From a bacterium (lineage in GTDB: Bacteria; SM23-31): 64,000 bases of DNA. The DNA lies in the NCBI GenBank assembly GCA_965249485.1, contig OZ252239.1, positions 896,001 to 960,000 of the forward strand, written 5' to 3'. The notes under the pieces were generated by a model. That model saw only the letters and a list, made by a program, of their open reading frames with translations, did no database searches and was not told the DNA's origin. Below, piece by piece: positions 22,129-32,260 of this stretch (positions within the stretch are counted from its first letter, which is position 1; the number at the start of each line of letters is the position of its first letter). Made by a program: the position numbers and the translations under genes.

Positions 22129-22635
22129 GTGAAACATACAATATCATTATTAGTTGAGCAGCATTTCAATGCTCTCGCCAGGATAATCGGGATGTTTACC
22201 GGACGAGGTTTCGAAATTGACAGCATCAGTTTCGGTACTGCAGAAGAACCCGGAATCACCCGCGTAACATTGACAACATCGGGCGATGAGAGAATTATTG
22301 AGCAGATCACAAAGCAGCTGCATAAACTCGTGGATGTCATCAAGGTTACCGATTTGACCTACGAGCCCTATGTAGAGCGTGAACTTGCGTTGATTAAGGT
22401 TTCTGCAAATCAGAAAAACCGCCTTGAGATCATGCAGGTTGTCGATGTGTTTCGGGGTACTATTATCGACATCAGTCAAAATTCACTAACGATAGAAATA
22501 ACCGGAAAAGCCGACAAAGTCAATGCGGCTACTGAAATGCTCGATCAGTTCGGACTCCTTGAAGTTGCACGTACCGGGAGTGTTGCATTAAAGAGAGAAT
22601 ATCAGGGAATGAGACTAAAAGAAAAAGCAGGATAA
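22129..22635 (+). CDS. ilvN: Acetolactate synthase small (regulatory) subunit
   Basis: ACT domain LARIIGMFTGRGFEIDS, EQITKQLHKLVDVIKV, ERELALIKV, EVARTG. Confidence 0.95.
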   Translation: MKHTISLLVEQHFNALARIIGMFTGRGFEIDSISFGTAEEPGITRVTLTTSGDERIIEQITKQLHKLVDVIKVTDLTYEPYVERELALIKVSANQKNRLEIMQVVDVFRGTIIDISQNSLTIEITGKADKVNAATEMLDQFGLLEVARTGSVALKREYQGMRLKEKAG

Positions 22636-22654
22636 ACGAGAGGAGTAACATAGT

Positions 22655-23650
22655 ATGAAATTGTATTACGAATCCGATGCAGATTTAGGGATACTCGACG
22701 GAAAAACAACCGCTATAATCGGGTACGGAAGTCAGGGACACGCCCACGCATTGAATCTGAAAGACAGTGGTGCGAGTGTCATTGTCAGTGATCTGAAGGG
22801 AACACCGAACTGGAAAAAGGCTGAAGAAGACGGCTGGAATATTGTGGAGGTTGCCGAAGCTGCAAAACAGGCAGACATCATCTTGATTCTGGTGCCAGAT
22901 CAATATCAGGCCGAGCTATTCGAAAACGAAATAAAGCAGCACCTCGAACCTGGAAATTCTCTGGTGTTTGCGCACGGATTTAATATCCATTTTAAAGGAA
23001 TTGTTCCTCCTGAGAATGTAGATGTCTACATGATTGCACCGAAAGGACCGGGACATTTGGTACGGCGTGTCTATCAGGAGGGTGGTGGTGTACCGAGCCT
23101 GATCGCAATTTATCAGGACTTTACCGGTGAAGCAAAAAAGAAAGCACTTGCCCATGCAAAAGGTATTGGCGCCACACGTGCCGGTGTGATCGAAACGACA
23201 TTTAAAGAGGAAACAGAGACTGATTTATTCGGTGAGCAAACTGTCCTGTGCGGTGGTGTGTCGGAGCTCGTCAAAGCCGGATTTCAGACACTCGTCGACG
23301 CCGGATACCAGCCGGAAATCTGCTATTTCGAATGTCTTCATGAACTGAAACTCATCGTCGATCTTTTCTACGAAGGCGGCATCACGGGCATGTATTATTC
23401 AGTAAGTGATACGGCTGAATACGGCGGAATGGCAAAGGGAACGGATATTGTCAATGACGATACTAAAGCTCGCATGAAAGTAATACTCGAAAAAGTTCAG
23501 GATGGTTCGTTTGCGAGAGAATGGATCAAGGAGAGTAAAGACGGCCTTCCAAATCTCAAGAAACTCCGCAAAGAGCACGATGAGCTTTTGATAGAAAAAG
23601 TTGGCAATGAACTCAGACCCATGATGTCATGGATCAAAAAGGATAAATAG
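22655..23650 (+). CDS. ilvC: Ketol-acid reductoisomerase
   Basis: [54 protein letters not shown]. Confidence 0.97.
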   Translation: MKLYYESDADLGILDGKTTAIIGYGSQGHAHALNLKDSGASVIVSDLKGTPNWKKAEEDGWNIVEVAEAAKQADIILILVPDQYQAELFENEIKQHLEPGNSLVFAHGFNIHFKGIVPPENVDVYMIAPKGPGHLVRRVYQEGGGVPSLIAIYQDFTGEAKKKALAHAKGIGATRAGVIETTFKEETETDLFGEQTVLCGGVSELVKAGFQTLVDAGYQPEICYFECLHELKLIVDLFYEGGITGMYYSVSDTAEYGGMAKGTDIVNDDTKARMKVILEKVQDGSFAREWIKESKDGLPNLKKLRKEHDELLIEKVGNELRPMMSWIKKDK

Positions 23651-23654
23651 AGTA

Positions 23655-25277
23655 ATGCCTAATAAAAAAATTGAATTATTTGATACCACACTCCGTGACG
23701 GCACACAGGGAGAACGGGTCTCTTTTTCTGTTGAAGATAAAATACACATCGCGCAACGGCTCGACGATTTCGGTATAGATTTCATTGAGGGAGGCTGGCC
23801 GGGATCGAATCCACGAGATATTAATTTTTTCCAGAGTGTCAAGAGCAAAAGCTTCAAACATGCGAAAATAGTGGCATTCGGAAGCACCCGGCATAAATCG
23901 AACCGTGCAGATAATGATCCGAATCTCAAAGCAATGCTTGAAGCAGAAACTCCAGCAGTTTCGATTTTCGGAAAGTCATGGCTTCTCCATGTCGAAAAAG
24001 CGCTCAAAGCGGATCCTGAAGAGAATTTGAAAATGATTGAGGAGTCGGTCGGTTTCATACGTTCCGAAGGTAGAGATGTTATCTATGATGCTGAGCATTT
24101 TTTTGACGGGTACAAATCGGATCCGGACTATGCGATCAAAACACTTGCCGCTGCCGAGCGTGGGGGAGCGTATGTCCTCGTGCTCTGTGATACAAATGGC
24201 GGTTCTTCCACGTTTGAGATAGCGGATATAGTGGCAACGGTCAAAAAGAAACTTTCCACACCGCTCGGAATCCATACACATAACGACTCCGGTCTGGCTG
24301 TGGCTAACACACTCTACGCGGTCGAAAACGGTGCGGTGCATGTTCAGGGTACTGTCAACGGATACGGAGAACGGTGCGGGAATGCAAACCTTTGTACAAT
24401 CATACCGAATCTTCAATTGAAAATGGGATATAAATGTGTTTCTGAGAAAAAAATGGCGAAACTGACATCGCTATCGCGCTATGTTAGTGAAATCGCCAAT
24501 ATCACCCATGCGCGGAACCTCCCGTTTGTTGGAAAAAGCGCCTTCGCTCACAAAGGTGGTATACATGTGAGTGGTGTGATGCGCGATCCGCGTACCTACG
24601 AACATATTGAGCCTGAAACTGTCGGAAACGAGCGGAGAGTATTGGTGTCGGATCTTTCAGGAAAGAGCAATATTCAGTTCAAATCGGGAGAGTTGGGCAT
24701 CGACCTGTCGAAACATCAGGATAAAATTCCACAGATTATCGAACATCTCAAAGAACTTGAACATGCTGGTTATTCATATGAAGCGGCGGAAGGTTCGCTC
24801 GAATTGCTTGTCCGGCAGATAACCGGTGAATGGCGGAAATTTTTCGAATTGTGCGGATTCAGGATTCTGGTCGAAAAAGACGAATCGGGTGAGCCCCGGT
24901 CGGAAGCTACTATACGAATAAAGGTAGACGGCATCCCGGAGCACGTAGCAGCCGAAGGCAACGGACCGGTCCATGCGCTTGATTGCGCACTGCGAAAAAC
25001 ACTCATTAATTTCTACCCTGAAATTCAAAATATGAGTCTTTTCGATTATAAAGTCCGTGTTCTGAACCAAAAAGGCGGCACACAGTCCATCGTACGAGTA
25101 CTCATTGAATTCAAAGCCGATACGCTTTCGTGGGGCACCGTCGGCGTCTCCGAAAATATAATTGAGGCAAGCTGGCAGGCTTTGACTGATGGATATTCCT
25201 ATTTCCTGCTTAAGAACAAGGATATTCACTATACAAGAAAAGTGGGAAAAAAACAAAAAAATAAGGAAGTACAATAG
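23655..25277 (+). CDS. cimA: Citramalate synthase
   Basis: DTTLRDGTQGE, IEGGWPGSNP, YDAEHFFDG, AFAHKGGIHVS, DYKVRVL, WGTVGVSENIIEASW. Confidence 0.93.
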   Translation: MPNKKIELFDTTLRDGTQGERVSFSVEDKIHIAQRLDDFGIDFIEGGWPGSNPRDINFFQSVKSKSFKHAKIVAFGSTRHKSNRADNDPNLKAMLEAETPAVSIFGKSWLLHVEKALKADPEENLKMIEESVGFIRSEGRDVIYDAEHFFDGYKSDPDYAIKTLAAAERGGAYVLVLCDTNGGSSTFEIADIVATVKKKLSTPLGIHTHNDSGLAVANTLYAVENGAVHVQGTVNGYGERCGNANLCTIIPNLQLKMGYKCVSEKKMAKLTSLSRYVSEIANITHARNLPFVGKSAFAHKGGIHVSGVMRDPRTYEHIEPETVGNERRVLVSDLSGKSNIQFKSGELGIDLSKHQDKIPQIIEHLKELEHAGYSYEAAEGSLELLVRQITGEWRKFFELCGFRILVEKDESGEPRSEATIRIKVDGIPEHVAAEGNGPVHALDCALRKTLINFYPEIQNMSLFDYKVRVLNQKGGTQSIVRVLIEFKADTLSWGTVGVSENIIEASWQALTDGYSYFLLKNKDIHYTRKVGKKQKNKEVQ

Positions 25278-25368
25278 CACTCATCAGCCGGGAATACAAA
25301 GTCGGAACTATTTTTACACAATAAGTATTCAACATGATGAGCATCCATGTATGTAAGGGGTAGCAAAC

Positions 25369-26547
25369 ATGAAGGATAAAGTATTAATATTTGATACAAC
25401 GTTGAGAGATGGCGAACAATCTCCCGGATTCAGTATGAATCTTGAAGAAAAAATCCGTCTTGCCCGGCAGTTGGAAAAACTGAATGTCGATATTATCGAA
25501 GCCGGATTTCCAATAGCATCCGAGGGTGATTTTCAGGCAATTCGGGAGGTTTCAAATATAGTGAGTACCTGTACTGTTGCTGGATTAAGCCGAACAAAAA
25601 AAGGTGACATTGAACGGGCATGGGAAGCACTGCAGCACGCGAAACGTCCACGCATCCACACCTTTATCGCAACATCGGATATCCATTTGAAATATAAATT
25701 GAGAAAATCCCGGGACGAAGTTATTAACGATGTCGGAGAGGGTGTCCGGCTGGCGAAAAGTCTCTGTGATGAGGTGGAGTATTCAGCAGAAGATGCCTCA
25801 CGGAGTGACCGCGATTATCTGTGTCGAGTCCTTGAAACAGCAATAGAAGCCGGTGCCGATATCCTGAATATTCCCGACACTGTCGGCTATACTACCCCGT
25901 GGGAGTACGGAAACCTGATTAAATATATTACGGAAAACACGAAAAATATCGATAAAGCGATTATCAGTGTCCATTGCCACAACGATCTCGGTCTTGCAGT
26001 CGCGAACTCCCTTGCAGGCGTGCAAAATGGAGCACGGCAAATCGAATGTACCATGAATGGTATCGGTGAACGCGCGGGAAATGCTTCTCTCGAGGAACTC
26101 GTAATGGTCATGGAGACTCGGCAGCAGGAATTCGACTGCAGAACAGAAGTCAATGCAAAAGAAATTTTTCCAACGAGTGAGTTGCTTGCTGAAATCACGG
26201 GTATCGGAGTACAACCGAATAAGGCCATTGTCGGGAGCAATGCTTTTGCCCACGAAGCAGGAATACATCAGGATGGTGTGCTGAAAAATCCGTTGACGTA
26301 TGAAATTATGACACCACAGTCAGTCGGAGTTCCGAGCAACAAACTAGTTATAGGCAAGCACTCCGGAAGACATGCCATCAGTGCAAAATTGCAGGAAATG
26401 GGATTCAATCTTACGGACGAGATGCTGAATGCAATCTATAAAGAGGTGATGAAACTTTCAGACGCAAAAAAGGTTGTGCTTGACGGAGAATTAAAAAACA
26501 TTGCGACAGATGTCGTAATGAATAATAAAGAAACAATCGGAATGTAA
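25369..26547 (+). CDS. leuA: 2-isopropylmalate synthase, short form without the C-terminal regulatory domain
   Basis: [55 protein letters not shown]; ends at 392 aa. Confidence 0.93.
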   Translation: MKDKVLIFDTTLRDGEQSPGFSMNLEEKIRLARQLEKLNVDIIEAGFPIASEGDFQAIREVSNIVSTCTVAGLSRTKKGDIERAWEALQHAKRPRIHTFIATSDIHLKYKLRKSRDEVINDVGEGVRLAKSLCDEVEYSAEDASRSDRDYLCRVLETAIEAGADILNIPDTVGYTTPWEYGNLIKYITENTKNIDKAIISVHCHNDLGLAVANSLAGVQNGARQIECTMNGIGERAGNASLEELVMVMETRQQEFDCRTEVNAKEIFPTSELLAEITGIGVQPNKAIVGSNAFAHEAGIHQDGVLKNPLTYEIMTPQSVGVPSNKLVIGKHSGRHAISAKLQEMGFNLTDEMLNAIYKEVMKLSDAKKVVLDGELKNIATDVVMNNKETIGM

Positions 26548-26811
26548 ATAATTCCTCTCTGCATCAATATTACAACCGCATTAGATTACTGAGGATGTCA
26601 AGCATACTGATCTATCAGTAACTGTATTCAAGAACAACTTCGTTTAACTTATATACTACCGGAAAAGCAACTTACACTTTGATTTTCTGGGTAAAGTTCG
26701 GTAATTTATTATGCTTTGCTTTACTAATTGATGTCCGGATGTGTTCTCCTGATTTTATTTCAGGAACGAGTAGCGAAATGGTTTTAAATCTATAAATATC
26801 GGAATATATAA

Positions 26812-28209
26812 ATGGGTAAGAATCTATTCAACAAAGTGTGGGACCTCCATACGGTAACAAAGCTTGAATCTGGCCAGACGCAGCTCTTTGTCGGTTTGCA
26901 CCTCATTCATGAGGTGACATCACCGCAGGCGTTTCAGATGCTCCGGGAACGGAATCTGAAAGTCCTCTATCCGGAGCGGACTTTTGCAACAGTAGATCAT
27001 ATCGTACCGACAACCTCGGTAAAGCGCCCCTATACCGACCTTCTTGCAGAAGAGATGATTGAGGCGATCGAAACAAATACGAACGAATTCGGTATCCGGT
27101 TTTTCAGTGTTGAATCAGGAGAGCAGGGGATTGTCCACGTGATCGGGCCTGAACTGGGTTTGACCCAGCCGGGAATGATCGTGACATGTGGCGATTCTCA
27201 CACGGCAACTCACGGTGCGTTCGGTGCCATCGCATTCGGAATTGGGACATCACAGGTTCGTGACGTACTCGCAACCCAGTCGATCATGATGAATAAACTG
27301 AAAGTCCGAAAAATCTCCGTGAACGGAACCCTTAGTAACGGCATCTATGCAAAAGATATTATTATTAAAATCATAGAGAAACTCGGTGTGAACGGCGGTA
27401 TCGGCCATGCCTATGAATATGCGGGAACCGCAATTGATCAGCTCAACATGGAAGAGCGGATGACCATCTGCAATATGAGTATTGAAGGTGGTGCGCGCTG
27501 TGGCTATGTCAATCCCGACCAGACAACATTTGATTACATCAAAGGCAGAAAATATGCTCCAAAAGGTGAAGCATTCGATTCAGCTGTCTCATTCTGGAAG
27601 TCGATTGCATCGGATTCTGACGCTCACTTCGATGATGAAGTGACATTCGATGCAGACGAGATCGAACCGATGGTAACCTGGGGTATCAATCCGGGACAGG
27701 CTATTCCAGTATCAAAGAGAATGCCGCTGCTCGACAATCTGGACATTAATGAGAGAGAGACTGCAGAGCTCGCCTATAAACATATGGGATTCGATGAAGG
27801 CCAGGCAATTAAGGGTGTCTCGATCGATGTTGCGTTTATCGGCTCGTGCACCAATAGCAGAATCTCCGATCTTCGGGAGGCCGCGAGAATAGTCGAGGGG
27901 AAAAAAGTCAATCCGAATGTACAGGCGCTGGTTGTTCCGGGATCGATTAAAGTAAAAGAACAAGCTGTCGAAGAAGGCCTCGACAAAATTTTTAGTGATG
28001 CCGGATTCGAATGGCGCGAAGCTGGTTGCTCTATGTGTTTAGCGATGAATCCCGACAAACTCCAGGGACGTGAACTGAGCGCTTCGTCGTCAAATAGAAA
28101 TTTTATCGGCCGACAGGGATCGCCGGTCGGAAGAACACTGCTTATGAGTCCTGCTATGGTAGCAGCGGCAGCAATACAAGGTGAGGTAGTCGATGTCCGA
28201 GAGTTTTAA
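26812..28209 (+). CDS. leuC: 3-isopropylmalate dehydratase large subunit
   Basis: [45 protein letters not shown]. Confidence 0.96.
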   Translation: MGKNLFNKVWDLHTVTKLESGQTQLFVGLHLIHEVTSPQAFQMLRERNLKVLYPERTFATVDHIVPTTSVKRPYTDLLAEEMIEAIETNTNEFGIRFFSVESGEQGIVHVIGPELGLTQPGMIVTCGDSHTATHGAFGAIAFGIGTSQVRDVLATQSIMMNKLKVRKISVNGTLSNGIYAKDIIIKIIEKLGVNGGIGHAYEYAGTAIDQLNMEERMTICNMSIEGGARCGYVNPDQTTFDYIKGRKYAPKGEAFDSAVSFWKSIASDSDAHFDDEVTFDADEIEPMVTWGINPGQAIPVSKRMPLLDNLDINERETAELAYKHMGFDEGQAIKGVSIDVAFIGSCTNSRISDLREAARIVEGKKVNPNVQALVVPGSIKVKEQAVEEGLDKIFSDAGFEWREAGCSMCLAMNPDKLQGRELSASSSNRNFIGRQGSPVGRTLLMSPAMVAAAAIQGEVVDVREF

Positions 28210-28798
28210 AATTCCACAGGTTACGGGAACGGCAGTTCCTGTTCGCGGTAATGATATTGACACCGACCGGATAATTCCGGCACGGTATCTAAAATGTGTG
28301 ACCTTTGATGGACTGGGTGAATTTGCATTCTATGATGTCCGCTATGATGAGAATAAAAATCCAACGGATCACCCTTTTAATGACGAGCGTTTTAGAGGGA
28401 GTTCTATCCTTCTTGTCAATAAGAATTTCGGCTGCGGTTCTTCCCGAGAACATGCGCCACAGGCGCTGCTCCGCTCTGGAATCAAAGCAATAATCGGAGA
28501 GAGTTTTGCCGAAATTTTCATTGGAAATTGCACAACGCTCGGTATTCCGGCGGTCACAGCATCGCGTGACGAAATTGAAAATCTGATGCAGTATATTGAA
28601 TCGCATCCCGATACAGAGGTTTCCATCAATCTCGAAAAGAAATCGGTCAGCTATGATAGTACAGTACTTTCGGTGGACTTGCCGGAACCTTCCCGTCTCG
28701 TGCTGGTTGGAGGAACATGGGATTCAACAGCACAACTGATCGGTAATAAGGAACAAATTGCGGAAACCGCGGAAACGATTCCATACCTAAACTGGTAA
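28193..28798 (+). CDS. leuD: 3-isopropylmalate dehydratase small subunit
   Basis: [29 protein letters not shown]. Confidence 0.96.
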   Translation: MSESFKIPQVTGTAVPVRGNDIDTDRIIPARYLKCVTFDGLGEFAFYDVRYDENKNPTDHPFNDERFRGSSILLVNKNFGCGSSREHAPQALLRSGIKAIIGESFAEIFIGNCTTLGIPAVTASRDEIENLMQYIESHPDTEVSINLEKKSVSYDSTVLSVDLPEPSRLVLVGGTWDSTAQLIGNKEQIAETAETIPYLNW

Positions 28799-28847
28799 CA
28801 AAATAGTTTTTGAATTTATAAAATTTATTAAGTAAATTTTACCTTTA

Positions 28848-28899
28848 TGTCATTTCGACCGAAGTCCCGATTTCAATCGGACTCGAGTGGAGAAATCTC
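28848..28899. repeat. REP/MITE-like palindromic intergenic element
   Basis: TGTCATTTCGACCGAAGTCCCGATTTCAATCGGACTCGAGTGGAGAAATCTC with an internal hairpin; partial copy CATTTCGACCGAGG at about 31276. Confidence 0.45.
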
Positions 28900-28997
28900 A
28901 ACAATAATGCTCTTTATTTTCGTTAGAAAACCTCTACTAACCGTTTAAAATATAAAATAACGCACAAACTAACACGATTGACATTCGGAGGAAATGA

Positions 28998-30056
28998 ATG
29001 TACAAAATTGCAATTCTACCTGGTGACGGCACTGGACCGGAAGTGGTTGATGAAGCGGTCAAGGTTCTTGATGCTGTAGCAAAAAAATTTAATTTTAAAT
29101 ATGAATCCGAATCATACGATTTTGGCGGTGATCGCTACTTGAGTACTGGTGAAATCCTGCCCGATTCCGCAGTCGATGAATTAAGGCAATATGACGCAAT
29201 ACTACTGGGCGCGATCGGTCATCCCGATGTGAAACCGGGAATTCTCGAGAAGGGAATTTTACTCCGGCTCAGATTCGAGCTTGACCAGTATATCAATCTT
29301 CGCCCGGTGAAGCTCTATCCTGGCGTTGAAACACCAATCAAGGACAAAGGCCCGGACGATATCGATTTTGTCGTTGTGCGTGAAAATACCGGCGGTCTTT
29401 ACACTGGTGTCGGTGGAATTTCAATGATCGGTACAAAAGACGAAATCGCTATCCAGTCGATGGTGTATAATAGATTTCAGGTCGACCGTTGTCTCAAATA
29501 TGCTTACGAATACACCAAAAAGCGAAAAAAGACCATGACGCTCGGCCTATGTGGTAAGACAAATGTGCTCACGTATGTATACGATCTGTGGGAACGTGCT
29601 TTCCATGAGATGGGTGAAAAGGATTATCCTGATATCAAACGTGATTATTACCATGTGGATGCAGTCACTATGTGGATGGTTAAAAACCCTGAGTGGTTCG
29701 ATGTCATTGTTACCGGCAATATGTTCGGTGATATCATTACCGATCTCGGCGCTATGGTACAGGGTGGAATGGGAATCGCTGCCGGCGGCAATATTAATCC
29801 TGAAGGAGTTTCGATGTTCGAACCAATCGGCGGTTCCGCTCCGAAATACACCGGACAGAATATCATCAATCCACTTGCGGCAATATCATGTGTCGATATG
29901 ATGCTCCGCCATCTTGGAGAAGAAGAGGCAGGGAAAGCAATTGAACAGGCCATTATAACACTGACAAAAGATAAATTGAAAAGTCTTGCTGCCGGCCTTA
30001 TGGGTTATTCGACAACTGAAGTCGGCGATATGGTTGCCGAAATTGCCGTGCAATAA
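28998..30056 (+). CDS. leuB: 3-isopropylmalate dehydrogenase
   Basis: LPGDGTGPEV, NLRPVKL, VVRENT, GNMFGDIITD, MFEPIGGSAP; operon context. Confidence 0.94.
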   Translation: MYKIAILPGDGTGPEVVDEAVKVLDAVAKKFNFKYESESYDFGGDRYLSTGEILPDSAVDELRQYDAILLGAIGHPDVKPGILEKGILLRLRFELDQYINLRPVKLYPGVETPIKDKGPDDIDFVVVRENTGGLYTGVGGISMIGTKDEIAIQSMVYNRFQVDRCLKYAYEYTKKRKKTMTLGLCGKTNVLTYVYDLWERAFHEMGEKDYPDIKRDYYHVDAVTMWMVKNPEWFDVIVTGNMFGDIITDLGAMVQGGMGIAAGGNINPEGVSMFEPIGGSAPKYTGQNIINPLAAISCVDMMLRHLGEEEAGKAIEQAIITLTKDKLKSLAAGLMGYSTTEVGDMVAEIAVQ

Positions 30057-30072
30057 ATCGTACTTTTAGAAA

Positions 30073-30106
30073 TGCAGGTCGTTACATGACCTGCGCTGTT
30101 TTTTTT
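30073..30106 (+). terminator. Probable intrinsic terminator after leuB
   Basis: TGCAGGTCGT-TAC-ATGACCTGCG stem followed by CTG and a T8 tract. Confidence 0.6.
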
Positions 30107-30132
30107 CACATCACCTGCCTTACTGTTATGCA

Positions 30133-31098
30133 ATGAGCAATCCCTCACTGACATTGGAAGATTTTCACAATGCCCGTTCCCGGATATCGGAAAGTCTCCA
30201 CTATACCCCCGTTCAGAGCGCAACACTGATTGGCCGGGAAATGGGAATCAAGCTTTTTCTCAAATGCGAAAATTTCCAAAAAACCGGTTCCTTCAAGGTA
30301 AGAGGTGTGCTGAATACCGTTCTCGGACTTGGTTCCGGTGCTCGTGAAAATGGTGTTATCACCGTTTCTGCCGGGAACCATGCTCAAGCGCTTGCATGGG
30401 CGGCACAGAAAGCAGAAATCTCCTGCACCGTCGTCATGCCTGATCATGCACAGCAGACTAAAATCGATGCTAGTAAGGGATACGGCGCCGAAGTCATTCT
30501 GCACGACAGTATGATGACTCTTTTCGAACGGGCACACGCTATCGCCGAAGAACGAAATCTCACTTTCATCCATCCATTCGATGCAGAATCAATCGTTGCC
30601 GGACACGGAACTGCCGGTCTCGAAATTCTCGAGCAGGTCGATGATATCGACGTCATCGTTGTTGCTGTTGGTGGTGGAGGTTTAATATCCGGCATTGCAA
30701 CAGCTGTTAAACTCAGGAATCCGAAAATAAAAATTTACGGTGTCGAACCCGTCGGTGCAGACGTGATGCGCCGCAGTCTCGACGCCGGAAAAGCGGTGAA
30801 AATCGAAACGGTTGATACAATTGCCGATGGGCTCGCTGCCCCGCTTGCCGGAGAATTGAATTATGCTCTGGTTAAAGAACATGTCGAGGATGTTGTCCTC
30901 ATTCAAGACAGTACAATCATTGAAGCAATGAACCTCCTGTTGACACGGTGCAAACTGCTTGCTGAACCCGCAGGTGCTGCGCCGCTTGCAGCACTCCGTT
31001 CCGGTGCCATCCCCTTCAAAAAAAATGACAGAGTAGTCGTTGTTATAAGCGGCGGAAATATCGACGCAGATCGGCTTGCAACCTATCTATCTCAATGA
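30133..31098 (+). CDS. Threonine/serine dehydratase (PLP fold type II, no ACT domain)
   Basis: KCENFQKTGSFKVRG (PLP Lys), SAGNHAQA, VGGGGLISG, EPAGAA, SGGNID. Confidence 0.9.
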   Translation: MSNPSLTLEDFHNARSRISESLHYTPVQSATLIGREMGIKLFLKCENFQKTGSFKVRGVLNTVLGLGSGARENGVITVSAGNHAQALAWAAQKAEISCTVVMPDHAQQTKIDASKGYGAEVILHDSMMTLFERAHAIAEERNLTFIHPFDAESIVAGHGTAGLEILEQVDDIDVIVVAVGGGGLISGIATAVKLRNPKIKIYGVEPVGADVMRRSLDAGKAVKIETVDTIADGLAAPLAGELNYALVKEHVEDVVLIQDSTIIEAMNLLLTRCKLLAEPAGAAPLAALRSGAIPFKKNDRVVVVISGGNIDADRLATYLSQ

Positions 31099-31388
31099 CT
31101 TACACACCTTAACCTGAATAATAGCACAATCCCCATTCGGAATTTTAACTTGACTTCACTGTCTTAAATCCGTAAGTTCAACCTTATTTTTTTAATTCAT
31201 GTATTACTTTTGCTCTCTTGAGTTTTCCTATTGAACCGCACATTATTATTGATTAATTAATATCGCAATGAAAAACATTTCGACCGAGGTTTCTGATTTT
31301 CTTAAAGAAAAATAGGGCATAAGCTATATTCCTTTTGCAAATAATCAGGATTATTTGTTAATGTAATCTCATTTTTATTAAAAAATAA

Positions 31389-32196
31389 GGTAATTAGGTT
31401 ATTTCCGACCCAAGTATTATATTATATTTGGTATGGAAGAAGAAGTCATTAAATTTATTGAAGGTAAAGAGTGTCCTACATGTGGCGGAAATCATCTTTA
31501 CCTGATGAGGGACAATCGTTATAAATGTAGAGATTGTTTTTACAAATACAGTTTTACAAAGTTCAAAGATGATCTGACAATTTTGCACTATTTTTCTCTT
31601 GAGATCCCTGCTAATAAAGCTGCGAGGGATCTTGGTTTTGGATACAAGAAGGTACGAGGAAAATACATGCTTTACCGTCAAGAAATTTATGATTTTTTGA
31701 GCCAGGAATTTAAGAGACTTTCTGGAGAAATCGAATGTGACGAGAGTTATTTTGGCGGTAAGCGAAAAGGGATACGGGGTCGAGGAAGTGCTGGTACAAT
31801 AAAGGTTTTCGGCATGTTGGAGCGTCAAGGGAAGATATTTACTACGGTTGTTGATGATGTAACTGCCGAGACATTGATGAACGAGATCAGGGACAATTCT
31901 GAAAAAGGAAGTGTTTTCTATACTGATAAGTTTCGATCGTATAAATCGCTGAAGTTTTTTGGCAAACATCTTACTGTCGATCATAACAAATATTTTATTA
32001 AAGGACGACGTCATATTAACGGTTTAGAGGGCTTCTGGTCATTTGCAAAAGAAAGACTCTTAAAATACCATGGTGTTGGCAAAAATCATTTCCTATTGTA
32101 CCTCAAGGAAATGGAATCTAGATACAATTACAGAAACGAAAAACTATACTATTTATTAATCAATATTCACTTTAGGTCGCTTTTGACCTAATTACC
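31389..32196 (+). mobile_element. IS1595-family insertion sequence (808 bp), complete
   Basis: Imperfect terminal inverted repeats GGTAATTAGGTTATTTCCGACC / reverse complement GGTAATTAGGTCAAAAGCGACC; 8-bp flanks AAAAATAA / AAAAATTA (7 of 8 match). Confidence 0.92.
31433..32191 (+). CDS. IS1595 family transposase
   Basis: Zn ribbon CPTC...CRDC, IECDESYFGG, FYTDKFRSY, HINGLEGFWS, LYLKEMESRYN. Confidence 0.95.
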   Translation: MEEEVIKFIEGKECPTCGGNHLYLMRDNRYKCRDCFYKYSFTKFKDDLTILHYFSLEIPANKAARDLGFGYKKVRGKYMLYRQEIYDFLSQEFKRLSGEIECDESYFGGKRKGIRGRGSAGTIKVFGMLERQGKIFTTVVDDVTAETLMNEIRDNSEKGSVFYTDKFRSYKSLKFFGKHLTVDHNKYFIKGRRHINGLEGFWSFAKERLLKYHGVGKNHFLLYLKEMESRYNYRNEKLYYLLINIHFRSLLT

Positions 32197-32260
32197 AAAA
32201 ATTATATCAAACTTTTCCAGAGATTTAATAAGGAAAAAAGCAGAATAAATAGGGATCGCT

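Noticed and set aside
31394..32014. 206-aa antisense ORF within the IS element
   Set aside because: Shadow of the transposase with no recognisable motif
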